Assembly (NCBI GenBank): GCA_963740355.1
Contig: CAVUDW010000002.1
Location: forward strand, 1,472,001-1,536,000
Source of the DNA: an uncultured Gemmatimonadaceae bacterium
Lineage (GTDB): Bacteria > Gemmatimonadota > Gemmatimonadetes > Gemmatimonadales > Gemmatimonadaceae
Length of the DNA stretch: 64,000 nt
Direction of reading: 5' to 3'
Both the position numbers and the translations under genes were made by a program. Under the pieces are notes generated by a model, which did no database searches, was not told the DNA's origin, and saw only the letters and a list, made by a program, of their open reading frames with translations. This document shows, piece after piece, positions 51,232 to 59,908 of the stretch (positions are counted from its first letter, which is position 1; each line of letters starts with the position of its first letter).

Positions 51232-52517
51232 CGGGTGTGGTGACGACGGAATCGCAGGCGATCATGGCGCGTGCGCGTCAGCTCTTTCCTGGTGGCGTGA
51301 ATTCGCCCGTGCGTGCGTTCGGTGGAGTCGGTGGCGAACCGTTCGTGGTGCAGCGTGGCGAGGGGCCGTACATCTGGGATGTCGACGGCAATCGCTACAC
51401 CGACTTCGTGTTGAGCTGGGGGCCGCTGGTGCTGGGCCATGCCGCGCCGGTGGTGCTGGATGCGCTCCATGAAGTGATGCAGCGCGGTACCAGCTTCGGC
51501 ATTCCGACCGGACTCGAAGTGCAGTTGGCGGAGCTCATCACGCAGCGCATGCCGCACATCGAGATGCTGCGCTTCACCAGCAGCGGCACCGAGGCGGCGA
51601 TGAGCATCGCACGTGTCGCGCGTGCGGCCACGGGTCGTGATGCGATCCTCAAGTTCGACGGCTGTTATCACGGCCACGCCGACTCGTTCCTCGTGAAGGC
51701 TGGTTCTGGGGTCGCGACGCTCAACCTGCCCAATTCACCGGGGGTGCCTGCGGCGCTGGCGGCGCTGACCTACACGGCGCCGTTCAATGACCTCGACGCG
51801 GTGCGCGCGGTGGCGAAGCAGGTGCCGTTGGCGGCCATCCTGCTCGAGCCGATCATTGGCAATGCCGGCTTCATCGAGCCGCTGCCTGGTTTTCTCGAAG
51901 GCCTGCGGCAGATCGCCGATGAAACCGGGGCGCTGCTGGTGTTCGACGAGGTGATGACCGGTTTCCGCATCGCGTGGGGTGGCGCCGTCGAACGATTCGG
52001 CGTCACGCCCGACCTGACGGCGTTCGGCAAGGTGATTGGCGGCGGGCTCCCGGTGGCGGCCTATGGTGGCCGACGTGAGTTGATGCAGCAGGTGGCGCCG
52101 AGTGGCTCGGTCTATCAGGCCGGTACGCTCAGTGGCAATCCACTGGCCATGGCCGGTGGATTGGCGACGCTCAAGTCGCTGACACCCGAGTTGCACACGA
52201 TCATCACCAACCGGACCGGTGTGCTGGTGCAGGGGCTGCGCGACATCATGGCACGCGAAGGTGTGCCGTTCCACGCGTCGCACGCAGGATCGATGTGGGG
52301 CTTCTTCTTCCATCCGGGCCCGGTCACGAACTTTGCGGAAGCGCGCACCAGTGATGTGCCGCTCTTCAACAAGTTCTTCCACGCCGCGCGTGAGCGTGGC
52401 GTGTACCTCGCGCCGTCGGCGTTCGAGGCAGCCTTCATGAGCGCGGCGCACGGCGACGATGTCGTTGCCGACACGCTCGAACGGCTTTCCGATGCGATCC
52501 GCGCTGCGAAAGCGTAG
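51228..52517 (+). CDS. hemL: glutamate-1-semialdehyde 2,1-aminomutase
   Basis: PGGVNSPVRAF, SGTEA, GCYHGH.D, FDEVMTGFR, GKVIGGGLP, YQAGTLSGNP. Confidence 0.96.
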   Translation: MTGVVTTESQAIMARARQLFPGGVNSPVRAFGGVGGEPFVVQRGEGPYIWDVDGNRYTDFVLSWGPLVLGHAAPVVLDALHEVMQRGTSFGIPTGLEVQLAELITQRMPHIEMLRFTSSGTEAAMSIARVARAATGRDAILKFDGCYHGHADSFLVKAGSGVATLNLPNSPGVPAALAALTYTAPFNDLDAVRAVAKQVPLAAILLEPIIGNAGFIEPLPGFLEGLRQIADETGALLVFDEVMTGFRIAWGGAVERFGVTPDLTAFGKVIGGGLPVAAYGGRRELMQQVAPSGSVYQAGTLSGNPLAMAGGLATLKSLTPELHTIITNRTGVLVQGLRDIMAREGVPFHASHAGSMWGFFFHPGPVTNFAEARTSDVPLFNKFFHAARERGVYLAPSAFEAAFMSAAHGDDVVADTLERLSDAIRAAKA

Positions 52518-53643
52518 CCACGGGCTGCTGTTCGCATCGCTCGCCTGCCTGGCGGGCGCCCCATCGCACGCGCTCCTCGCGCAGGAGCGGGTGCAGGCGC
52601 GTGTGCCCGAGCGTGCCACGGAGCGCGTCGACAGCGTGATCGAGTCCGGCCGGAATAGGGCGACCGTTGGCACGCACCTTGGCGACAAGACCATCCGCGT
52701 GCTCCTCGGACGGACGGCGCCGGGCGCGATGTCGAGCCGGAATGCCATCGGCATCGTGGAGTGGAACGGCCGACGCTATCGCGGTGAGGTCGACTTCGTC
52801 CCGGATGGTGGCACGGTGGCGGTGATCAACCGCCTCGATCTCGAGGAGTACCTGCGCGGCGTGCTGCCGGGTGAGATCGGCTCGCGTGATCCGCGCGATC
52901 GTGCCGCGCTGCAGGCGCAGGCAGTGGCGGCGCGTTCGTACGCCGCGGCGCGCATGGGCGAGCGTCGGCCGCTCTATGACGTCACCTCCACGGTTTCGGA
53001 TCAGGTGTACGGCGGCGTGACCGTGGAGCGACCCGAGACCGACGACGCGGTGCGCGCCACGCGCGGGCTGGTGCTCACCTGGGGTGATCGGATCATCACG
53101 GCACCGTATCACTCACATGGCGGCGCGATGACGGCCGGCGTCGATGAGGTGTTCTGGAAGCGTGGTGCCGAGCCGTACCTGCGTCCGGTAGACGACCACA
53201 CGTTGTCGGGTGGCTGCTTCTGTGACGCGAGCGGGAGCCGAGGGTGGGAGCGACGCTTCAGCACGGTGGACATCAACCGGCTGCTGGCGCAGTACGGCTC
53301 GGATGCCGGCGTAGCGACCGCGGGCGACGTGCGAGCGGTTCGCGTCGCGGCCCGGGGGCCATCGGGACGGGTGACGGCACTCGAGATCGAGACCAGCACC
53401 GGCCGCGTCACCTTGCGGGGCAATGACATTCGATCGGTCCTGCGCACCGACGGCGCGATCCTGCCCAGCACGAACTTCTCCCTCGAGTCGCTCGGCACCA
53501 CGATCGTGCTGCGGGGCGTTGGCAATGGGCATGGGGTTGGCATGTCGCAGTGGGGGGCGATTGGGCGTGCGAGGGCAGGGCAGGATGCCCGGTCGATTCT
53601 CGCCGCGTATTATCCCGGGACACGATTGTCGCCGCTGATGTAG
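52492..53643 (+). CDS. SpoIID/LytB-domain peptidoglycan lytic transglycosylase
   Basis: LEEYLRGVLP.E, ALQAQAVAARSY, DQVY.G, GNGHGVGMSQWGA, IL..YYPG. Start uncertain. Confidence 0.88.
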   Translation: MRSALRKRSHGLLFASLACLAGAPSHALLAQERVQARVPERATERVDSVIESGRNRATVGTHLGDKTIRVLLGRTAPGAMSSRNAIGIVEWNGRRYRGEVDFVPDGGTVAVINRLDLEEYLRGVLPGEIGSRDPRDRAALQAQAVAARSYAAARMGERRPLYDVTSTVSDQVYGGVTVERPETDDAVRATRGLVLTWGDRIITAPYHSHGGAMTAGVDEVFWKRGAEPYLRPVDDHTLSGGCFCDASGSRGWERRFSTVDINRLLAQYGSDAGVATAGDVRAVRVAARGPSGRVTALEIETSTGRVTLRGNDIRSVLRTDGAILPSTNFSLESLGTTIVLRGVGNGHGVGMSQWGAIGRARAGQDARSILAAYYPGTRLSPLM

Positions 53644-53796
53644 TCCGAACCTGGCCTGCCAGCGGGTGGGCGTGCGTCGCCAGCGTCATGGCGTGTCCGC
53701 GTTGCAGATTGTCCGAGTTGCAGGTCGCATGTTGCTGCCGGTCGTTCTGCGCCCCCGCGAGGGAGGCGCCATCGCTTTCCGCCCTCCTTGTACCGC

Positions 53797-54804
53797 ATGT
53801 CCAAGCCAGCCCTCCGGATCGGTGTCATTGGCGCCGGCGCCATTGCCCAACTCGCCCACCTGCCCGTGCTCTCGAAGATGCGCGGCGTGCAGTTGGTCGC
53901 ACTCTGTGACAATGACGGCGCCAAGGTGCGTGCGCTGGCCGATCGCTTCAGCGTGCCCGACACCTTCACCGACATCGAGGAGCTGCTCGAGTTCGAGGAG
54001 ATCGATGCGGTCCTGATCTCGACGCCGAACCATCTCCATGAGCCACACGTGCTGAGCGCCCTCAAGGCCAAGCGGCACGTGCTCTGCGAACGCCCGCTGG
54101 CCCTCACGACCAAGGGCGTGGAGCGGATCATCGCGGCGGCGGAGAAGCACGAGATGAAGGTGTTGGTCGGCCACAACCATCGGTTCCGCACCGAGGTCCA
54201 GAATCTCGAGAGCTTCATCCACGGTGGTGAGCTTGGCCGCCTGATCGGCATCCGTGCTGGCGCGTACAAGACGCGTCGAGGCGATGCAGGCTGGCGTTCG
54301 CGTCGCGCGGAAGCGGGCGGCGGCATCTTTCTCGACCAGGGCGTGCCGCTGCTCGATCTCGCCTGCTGGCTCGCCGACTTCCCCGATCCGGTGCGTGTCA
54401 CGGCCAGCATGGAACGTGGCAGCGGTGTGCGTTCGGTCGAGGATGCGATGTTCGTCCACGTGCAGTACGCATCAGGGCTGAGTGTCGCGATCGACACCGC
54501 ATGGGGCTACGTGGGTGAGGAGGATCGCTGGTGGTTCGAGGTGCTGGCCTCGAAGGGCACCGCGCGCCTGGCGCCACTGCGCGTGGTGAAGGACCTCAAC
54601 GGTCGCGCGGTGGATGTGTCGCCCACCGGCGCCGCGCAACGAGACAGCGCGTTCATCCAGAGTTATCGCGCCGAGCTGGCACACTTTGCCGCCGTGCTGA
54701 ATGGCGATGTCGCATATGAGCCGCCGGTGGACCAGATCGTCGTGCAGCGCCTCGTCGAGGCGATCTACCGCAGCGCCGAAGAGGGGAAGGAAGTCCGGCT
54801 GTGA
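53797..54804 (+). CDS. Gfo/Idh/MocA family oxidoreductase
   Basis: GVIGAGAIA, TPNHLH, HVLCERP, GGGIFLDQG. Confidence 0.9.
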   Translation: MSKPALRIGVIGAGAIAQLAHLPVLSKMRGVQLVALCDNDGAKVRALADRFSVPDTFTDIEELLEFEEIDAVLISTPNHLHEPHVLSALKAKRHVLCERPLALTTKGVERIIAAAEKHEMKVLVGHNHRFRTEVQNLESFIHGGELGRLIGIRAGAYKTRRGDAGWRSRRAEAGGGIFLDQGVPLLDLACWLADFPDPVRVTASMERGSGVRSVEDAMFVHVQYASGLSVAIDTAWGYVGEEDRWWFEVLASKGTARLAPLRVVKDLNGRAVDVSPTGAAQRDSAFIQSYRAELAHFAAVLNGDVAYEPPVDQIVVQRLVEAIYRSAEEGKEVRL

Positions 54805-56054
54805 CGCGGCTCGCAGGCGTGATGCGTGCCGTGCGACGCGTCGCGCTGCGGGCGAGCCTCGTGCTGTGCGCGGCGCTCGTGACGCTGGCCCGACCGCTGT
54901 CGGCGCAGCGCGAGATCGACTGGTCGACGAAACCCGTCTACCTCATGACGATGGGGCAGGGCGACGAGGTGTTCGAGAAGTTCGGGCACAATGCGATCGT
55001 GGTGTGGGACGATGCCGCGGGCCAGCCCCTCGTCTACAACTGGGGCATGTTCGACTTCGAACAGCCGAACTTCATCGGGCGCTTCCTCACCGGTGATACG
55101 AAGTACTGGATGCAGCCATTCTCGCTGATGCAGACGCTGCGCCTCTACCAGCAGCTGAATCGCAGCGTCAGCTTGCAGGAGCTGCAGCTGACCCCGTCGC
55201 AGAAGACTCGGTTGGTCGCGATGCTGGCCGAGAATGCGAAGGAAGAGAACAAGTATTATCGGTACGACTATTACCTCGACAATTGCAGCACACGAGCACG
55301 TGACGCCATCGATGCGGTGACCGGCGGCGCGCTCAAGCGTGCGATGCAGGCGCAGCCGGGGCAGGGGAGCTACCGGTGGCACACCCGTCGATTGCTGGCC
55401 TACAGCGCGCCGCTCTACTTCGGCAGCGAGCTCGTACTCGGCGTCGACGCCGATGCGCCGCTCACCGGTTGGGACGAGGCGTTCCTGCCGCAGTCGCTCT
55501 CGGAGTCGGTGAAGCGGATCGAGTTGCCGGCGGCGGAGGGCCTGCCCGCGCGGTTGTTGGCGGGACCGGTGGATACGCTCTTCCGCGCCGATCGCGGACC
55601 TGAGCCCGGCGGCGTCGACTGGCGGGTCGCGCTGGCGGCGCTGGTTGGTGTGGTGATTGGTGTCGTCTTGACTGGAATGATCCGCGTCGGGCGTGTCGCC
55701 GCGGCGACGGCGATGGCGGCGTGGAGTCTCGTGATCACACTGTTCGGCAGTGGAATGCTGCTTGCATGGTTCGCCACCAAGCACGTCTTCATGGCCAACA
55801 ATCCCAGTGTCGCGCTGGTGAACCCGGCGTGGCTGCTTGGCCTGGTTGCGGCGGTGATGGTGCTGCGTGGTGGGGTGCCGAAGGGGGTACGCAGTGCACT
55901 GCGCTGGTTGCTGGTGATCGCCGTCATCGGCATGGCTGGCGCCGTGCTGCTTGGCCACGCTGGAAGTGCGCTCGAGATTGCAGCGCTGGTGCTGCCCGCG
56001 CATGCTGCCGTCGTCTACGCTGCCGATCGATATCGACTGCGAACCCCTGACTGA
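54801..56054 (+). CDS. DUF4105 (Lnb-like) domain membrane protein
   Basis: FGHNAI, YNWGMFDF, YRYDYYLDNCSTR, FLP, then about 4 C-terminal TM helices. Confidence 0.8.
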   Translation: MTRLAGVMRAVRRVALRASLVLCAALVTLARPLSAQREIDWSTKPVYLMTMGQGDEVFEKFGHNAIVVWDDAAGQPLVYNWGMFDFEQPNFIGRFLTGDTKYWMQPFSLMQTLRLYQQLNRSVSLQELQLTPSQKTRLVAMLAENAKEENKYYRYDYYLDNCSTRARDAIDAVTGGALKRAMQAQPGQGSYRWHTRRLLAYSAPLYFGSELVLGVDADAPLTGWDEAFLPQSLSESVKRIELPAAEGLPARLLAGPVDTLFRADRGPEPGGVDWRVALAALVGVVIGVVLTGMIRVGRVAAATAMAAWSLVITLFGSGMLLAWFATKHVFMANNPSVALVNPAWLLGLVAAVMVLRGGVPKGVRSALRWLLVIAVIGMAGAVLLGHAGSALEIAALVLPAHAAVVYAADRYRLRTPD

Positions 56055-56055
56055 C

Positions 56056-57987
56056 GTGGTCACACACTACATCGTGCGGCTGGACCCGCTCGAGCTCGTG
56101 TTCAACACGAGGCCGATCACGGCCCTCCTCGGCTACACCGCCGACGAGTACGGCACGATGACGCTCGAGACGGTGAACCGCCTCATACATCCCGATGACG
56201 TACCCGCGCTGCAGGCGCACATCTCACGACTTCACCTGCTGGCGGATGGTGAAGTCGCGTTATTGCGGCACCGGATGCGCAATGCGGCCGGCGGCTGGGG
56301 GTGGATCGAAGTCCGCGACTCGGTCTTCACACGCACGGCCAGCGGCACGCCGGAACAGGTGATCGGGACGGCGCGTGAAGTCACCGCGCAGATGCGAACG
56401 GCGGAGGCGCTGGAGTCGAGTGAGGCCCGTCACCGCTTGTTGGTGGAAACCATGCTGCAGGGGGTGGTCCACCACGGCGCCGATGGGAGCATCATCGCGT
56501 TGAATCCCGCTGCGGAGCGCATCCTCGGCCGACCCCGCGATGACTTCATCGGCAGCGATCCATCACGCGAGGAGCAGCACACCATTCGTGAGGACGGTTC
56601 GGCGTTTCCTGGAGCGGAGCACCCATCGAGTGTGGCGCTTCGTACTGGTGCACCGATCCATGGCGTCGTCATGGGCGTCTACAACTGGGATCGGCGCGAG
56701 TATCGCTGGTTGAGCGTCGATGCGGTGCCACTGCGTCGTCCCGGAGAGTCGGTGCCGTACGAGGTCTACACCGTCTTCGAGGACATCACGGATCGCCTGC
56801 GGGCCGAAAAGGCGTTGCGCGACGCACACACGCGGAAGGATCATTTCATCGCCACGCTGGCGCATGAACTGCGGAATCCGCTGGCGCCGATTCGTCATGC
56901 CGTGGCCGTGCAGCAGCGTCGCGCAGCTGCCGCCGGTGATCCGGAACTGGCCTGGTCGCAGGCGATCATCGACCGACAGGTCGGACACATGTCGCGGTTG
57001 CTCGACGACCTGCTGGACGCGTCGCGGATCGCGAGCGGCAAGCTCGAACTGCGGCGCGAACTGGTCGGGTTGAACGCCGTCATCGCACAGTCGATCGAGA
57101 CGGCGCGACCGCAGATCGACGCGTTGCGGCATGCGCTGTCGGTGTCCTTGCCGACACCGGACGTTTACGTTGACGGCGACCCGATTCGTCTCGCACAGGT
57201 GTTCTCGAACCTGCTCACGAATGCTGCCAAGTACTCCGAGGCTGGTGGCAGCATCGCGGTGACAGCGAGTCGTGACGGGGACGGCGTGGCCGTCACCGTG
57301 CGCGATACTGGCATCGGCATCGATGCGGCGAACCTGACGCGAGTGTTCGAGATGTTCGGCCAGATCGATGCCGCGATCGATCGTTCGCAGGGCGGGCTCG
57401 GCATCGGACTCTCGCTGGCACAGGCGCTGGTGACGCTACACGGCGGCCGCATCACCGTGCAGAGCGACGGTCTGGGAAAAGGCACGTCATTCACGGTATT
57501 CCTCCCCACCTCTCCTGACGCAGCAATGCCAGACGAACAGTCGTCCACGCCGGAGCTTGCAGATCCTGTCACCCCGCGCCGGTTGCTGGTGGTGGATGAC
57601 AACCGTGACGGCTGTGATGCGCTCGCGACCCTGCTCGGCATGATGGGGTTCGAAGTGGCTACCGCCTATGACGGGCTGGAGGCCGTGGAGCGCGCCGTGG
57701 ACGGCACGCCGGACGTGGTGCTGATGGATGTTGGCCTGCCGCGCCTGAACGGCTACGAGGCCTGTACGGCGATCCGCGCCACCGTGGGTGGTGAGCGTAT
57801 CGTGATGCTGGCGGTGACCGGCTGGGGCGCGGCTGCCGACCTGCGCAACGCGACGCAAGCAGGGTTCGATGCCCACCTGGTGAAGCCGATCGACATGCAG
57901 TGGCTTGGCCAGCTGCTGCCGTTGCCGCGGTCGGAAGTGCAGCGGCTGGAGACGATCCGGCGGTTGCGGCTGGGGTACGAGGCGTGA
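56056..57987 (+). CDS. PAS-domain hybrid histidine kinase/response regulator
   Basis: Two PAS domains, LAHELRNPL, RL.QVFSNLL.NAAKY, GGLGIGL, receiver LVVDDN. Start at GTG 56056 is inferred. Confidence 0.9.
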   Translation: MVTHYIVRLDPLELVFNTRPITALLGYTADEYGTMTLETVNRLIHPDDVPALQAHISRLHLLADGEVALLRHRMRNAAGGWGWIEVRDSVFTRTASGTPEQVIGTAREVTAQMRTAEALESSEARHRLLVETMLQGVVHHGADGSIIALNPAAERILGRPRDDFIGSDPSREEQHTIREDGSAFPGAEHPSSVALRTGAPIHGVVMGVYNWDRREYRWLSVDAVPLRRPGESVPYEVYTVFEDITDRLRAEKALRDAHTRKDHFIATLAHELRNPLAPIRHAVAVQQRRAAAAGDPELAWSQAIIDRQVGHMSRLLDDLLDASRIASGKLELRRELVGLNAVIAQSIETARPQIDALRHALSVSLPTPDVYVDGDPIRLAQVFSNLLTNAAKYSEAGGSIAVTASRDGDGVAVTVRDTGIGIDAANLTRVFEMFGQIDAAIDRSQGGLGIGLSLAQALVTLHGGRITVQSDGLGKGTSFTVFLPTSPDAAMPDEQSSTPELADPVTPRRLLVVDDNRDGCDALATLLGMMGFEVATAYDGLEAVERAVDGTPDVVLMDVGLPRLNGYEACTAIRATVGGERIVMLAVTGWGAAADLRNATQAGFDAHLVKPIDMQWLGQLLPLPRSEVQRLETIRRLRLGYEA

Positions 57988-57996
57988 TGGGTGGGC

Positions 57997-58238
57997 GTAC
58001 ACGGGAATACCGGCGTAAGTCGTTGCACGGCCTGCGGTTAGGCGCCGATCAAGGGGTCGGAGATCTTGATCGATCAAGGGGTCAGAGATCTTGATCGGGA
58101 AAGTCTGGAGCTAAACACTTGCTCCGTAATGAGTTAGGCTCAGATCAAGGGGTCAGAGATCTTGATCGGGCGATTATGAAGCTAAATCGTTGCCCCTCTT
58201 CGCTTTAGGCTCAGATCAAGGGGTCAGAGATCTTGGTC
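57997..58238 (+). repeat. repeat array C (4 hairpin cores)
   Basis: Cores at 58047, 58072, 58143 and 58214 (spacings 25, 71, 71); leading GTAC at 57997. Confidence 0.93.
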
Positions 58239-58267
58239 GGCCGAATCGCGAGGAGTCGCGCATCGCA

Positions 58268-58978
58268 TTAGCGATGGTCGTTTTGCCAGCCCACACCCCT
58301 GCGATCGCCGCCGTGCTGCTGTGGCGTCACCCGGCGCTTCAACTGCGCCTCCAGCCGACGGAGCGCGCGGCTTTCACCCACTGCTGCACATCCGAGGCTC
58401 GCGGCGCGAATCGCCTCAATTTCTCGCCTTGGTGCATCCGCGCTGCAAAAGGCTCGATACGCAGCTTGTCGCGCGTCCGGCGTCATGCCGAGGGCATTGT
58501 ATGCACCGTGCGAGGTCAGGAGTTCGTCACAGCCCCCGTGTGCCAGGTGTCTGTGGCTCGACCACTCGTACTCCACCGCGTGGCGCACGATTCCAGCGCG
58601 AACGGGATTGAGGTCGATGTACCTACAGCACGCCAGAAAGTACCGATCGCTACCCACGATCATTGAGTGGAAGCGGCCGTCCCACAGAGTCCCGCTTCTG
58701 CGGTGCCGAGTATTCCAGTGTCGCACGAATCGACTGCCAACACGCTGCATGAGTCGCGAGGGACCGAGTGGATGCGACGCCGTAAGCAGAAGATGAATGT
58801 GGTTTGACATCAGCGCATACGCGTGCACGGCGCACGATGTGCTCCTGCTGGCGTGCATCAGGATTTCGCGGAAGTGCGCAAAATCCATTTCGTCGTGGAA
58901 CTTGAGCTCGCGATTGTGGCAGCGCTGAGTCAGGTGGATTGGAAAGCCTGGTGCAATGAGTCTTGGCATGCGCGCCAT
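58268..58978 (-). CDS. REP-associated-type tyrosine transposase (RAYT/TnpA-REP, Y1 HUH family)
   Basis: MARMPR...H.TQR..NR, AYALMSNHIHLL (HUH), G.LWDGRF.S, catalytic RYIDLNPVRAG, Y.WSS, plus a C-terminal extension. No tnpB nearby. Confidence 0.9.
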   Translation of the reverse strand: MARMPRLIAPGFPIHLTQRCHNRELKFHDEMDFAHFREILMHASRSTSCAVHAYALMSNHIHLLLTASHPLGPSRLMQRVGSRFVRHWNTRHRRSGTLWDGRFHSMIVGSDRYFLACCRYIDLNPVRAGIVRHAVEYEWSSHRHLAHGGCDELLTSHGAYNALGMTPDARQAAYRAFCSADAPRREIEAIRAASLGCAAVGESRALRRLEAQLKRRVTPQQHGGDRRGVGWQNDHR

Positions 58979-59204
58979 TTGCGCCTCGGTGCGTGAGCCG
59001 ACAGCTCGGTGGGAAACGCGTAAGGATGCCGCAGCCTCAAGCGCCGCAGACGGCGTGTGAACGACGCGATTCTATCGCTTGGCGCTTCTCAACACCGCAC
59101 CTGATTCGCGCATCGATCATCGCGTGCACGCCGGCGTATCATTCCTTCAGCCGTTTCGCGGTGGCGCAGCAGCAAAGGAGCACTGATCTGAGCGAGACTG
59201 AGCC

Positions 59205-59387
59205 GATCAAGATCTCTGACCCCTTGATCGAGACGTAAGGCTCGTACTACGAAGGCTTTAGCCCGCGAACTCGCCGATCAAGATCTCTGACCCCTTGATC
59301 GAGACGTAAGGCTCGTACTACTAAGGCTTTAGCCCGCGAACTCGCCGATCAAGATCTCTGACCCCTTGATCGGCTTTCACCTTGATC
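59205..59387 (-). repeat. repeat array D (3 inverted hairpin cores plus an outer half-copy)
   Basis: GATCAAGATCTCTGACCCCTTGATC at 59205, 59276 and 59347 (71-bp period); CTTGATC half-copy at 59381-59387. Confidence 0.93.
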
Positions 59388-59491
59388 GGATGCAGCCGCC
59401 TGCGCCAAAAACAACGCGCCCCGACCAGTCTCCTGATCGGGGCGCGTCGTCATCCGCGCATCGCAGCGCGTCACATCAAACGTTCATCGCA

Positions 59492-59908
59492 CTATCGACA
59501 GATCCACGGCGTCGCGTTTTCGCGCGCGGTGCTCCGGCGCGCACTCGTCTCGTCGATGGCAGTGAACGTCACCTCGAGAAACCCGTCGTCCTGACTCTGC
59601 GATGTGCACTGCATTTCCTTGCGGACACTGAAGGCGCCGTTCGCATCGGCCTTGATCGGGCCGAACGCAATCGCCTGGCTGGTGTTCGGCGGCGGCGACC
59701 CGGTGAGCTTCACCGGTCCGTTCGGCGTGAAGTTCGAACCCGTGATGGTGATCACGGGACCCGTCGCCTGACGCTGGATGCTCACGCTCAGCTTCAGCGG
59801 CGGTGTGGCCTGCGCATGGACCGCCATCGGCAGCGCAGCAAGGGCCAGCCCGAACAGGACAGTTGCCCCGATCGAGGACCAAGTGCGACGAGCCTGGTGG
59901 ACACGCAT
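59492..59908 (-). CDS. small exported hypothetical protein (Ig-like beta-rich)
   Basis: CAGGAG RBS, ATG 59908, signal peptide ending in VHA-Q, motifs ITITGSNFTPNGPV and ADANGAF, two Cys. Confidence 0.72.
   Translation of the reverse strand: MRVHQARRTWSSIGATVLFGLALAALPMAVHAQATPPLKLSVSIQRQATGPVITITGSNFTPNGPVKLTGSPPPNTSQAIAFGPIKADANGAFSVRKEMQCTSQSQDDGFLEVTFTAIDETSARRSTARENATPWICR

Larger units (their letters stand above)
57997..59387. mobile_element. REPtron-like locus: Y1/HUH transposase gene between inverted hairpin-repeat arrays
   Basis: Array C (+ orientation), transposase gene and array D (- orientation), sitting between two convergent host genes. Confidence 0.8.

Noticed and set aside
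52492..53643. Evidence for sporulation
   Set aside because: SpoIID/LytB domains are widespread peptidoglycan enzymes in non-sporulating bacteria.
58016..58213. Integron attC sites (GTTAGGC matches GTTRRRY)
   Set aside because: There is no matching RYYYAAC inverse core or long attC stem, no cassette ORFs between units and no integrase. The match is the TTA of the linker motif.
58268..58978. Ordinary IS200/IS605 insertion sequence
   Set aside because: The protein is longer (236 aa) with RAYT-type motifs (NPVRAG, WSS). There is no tnpB, and it has multi-copy flanking arrays instead of single end hairpins.
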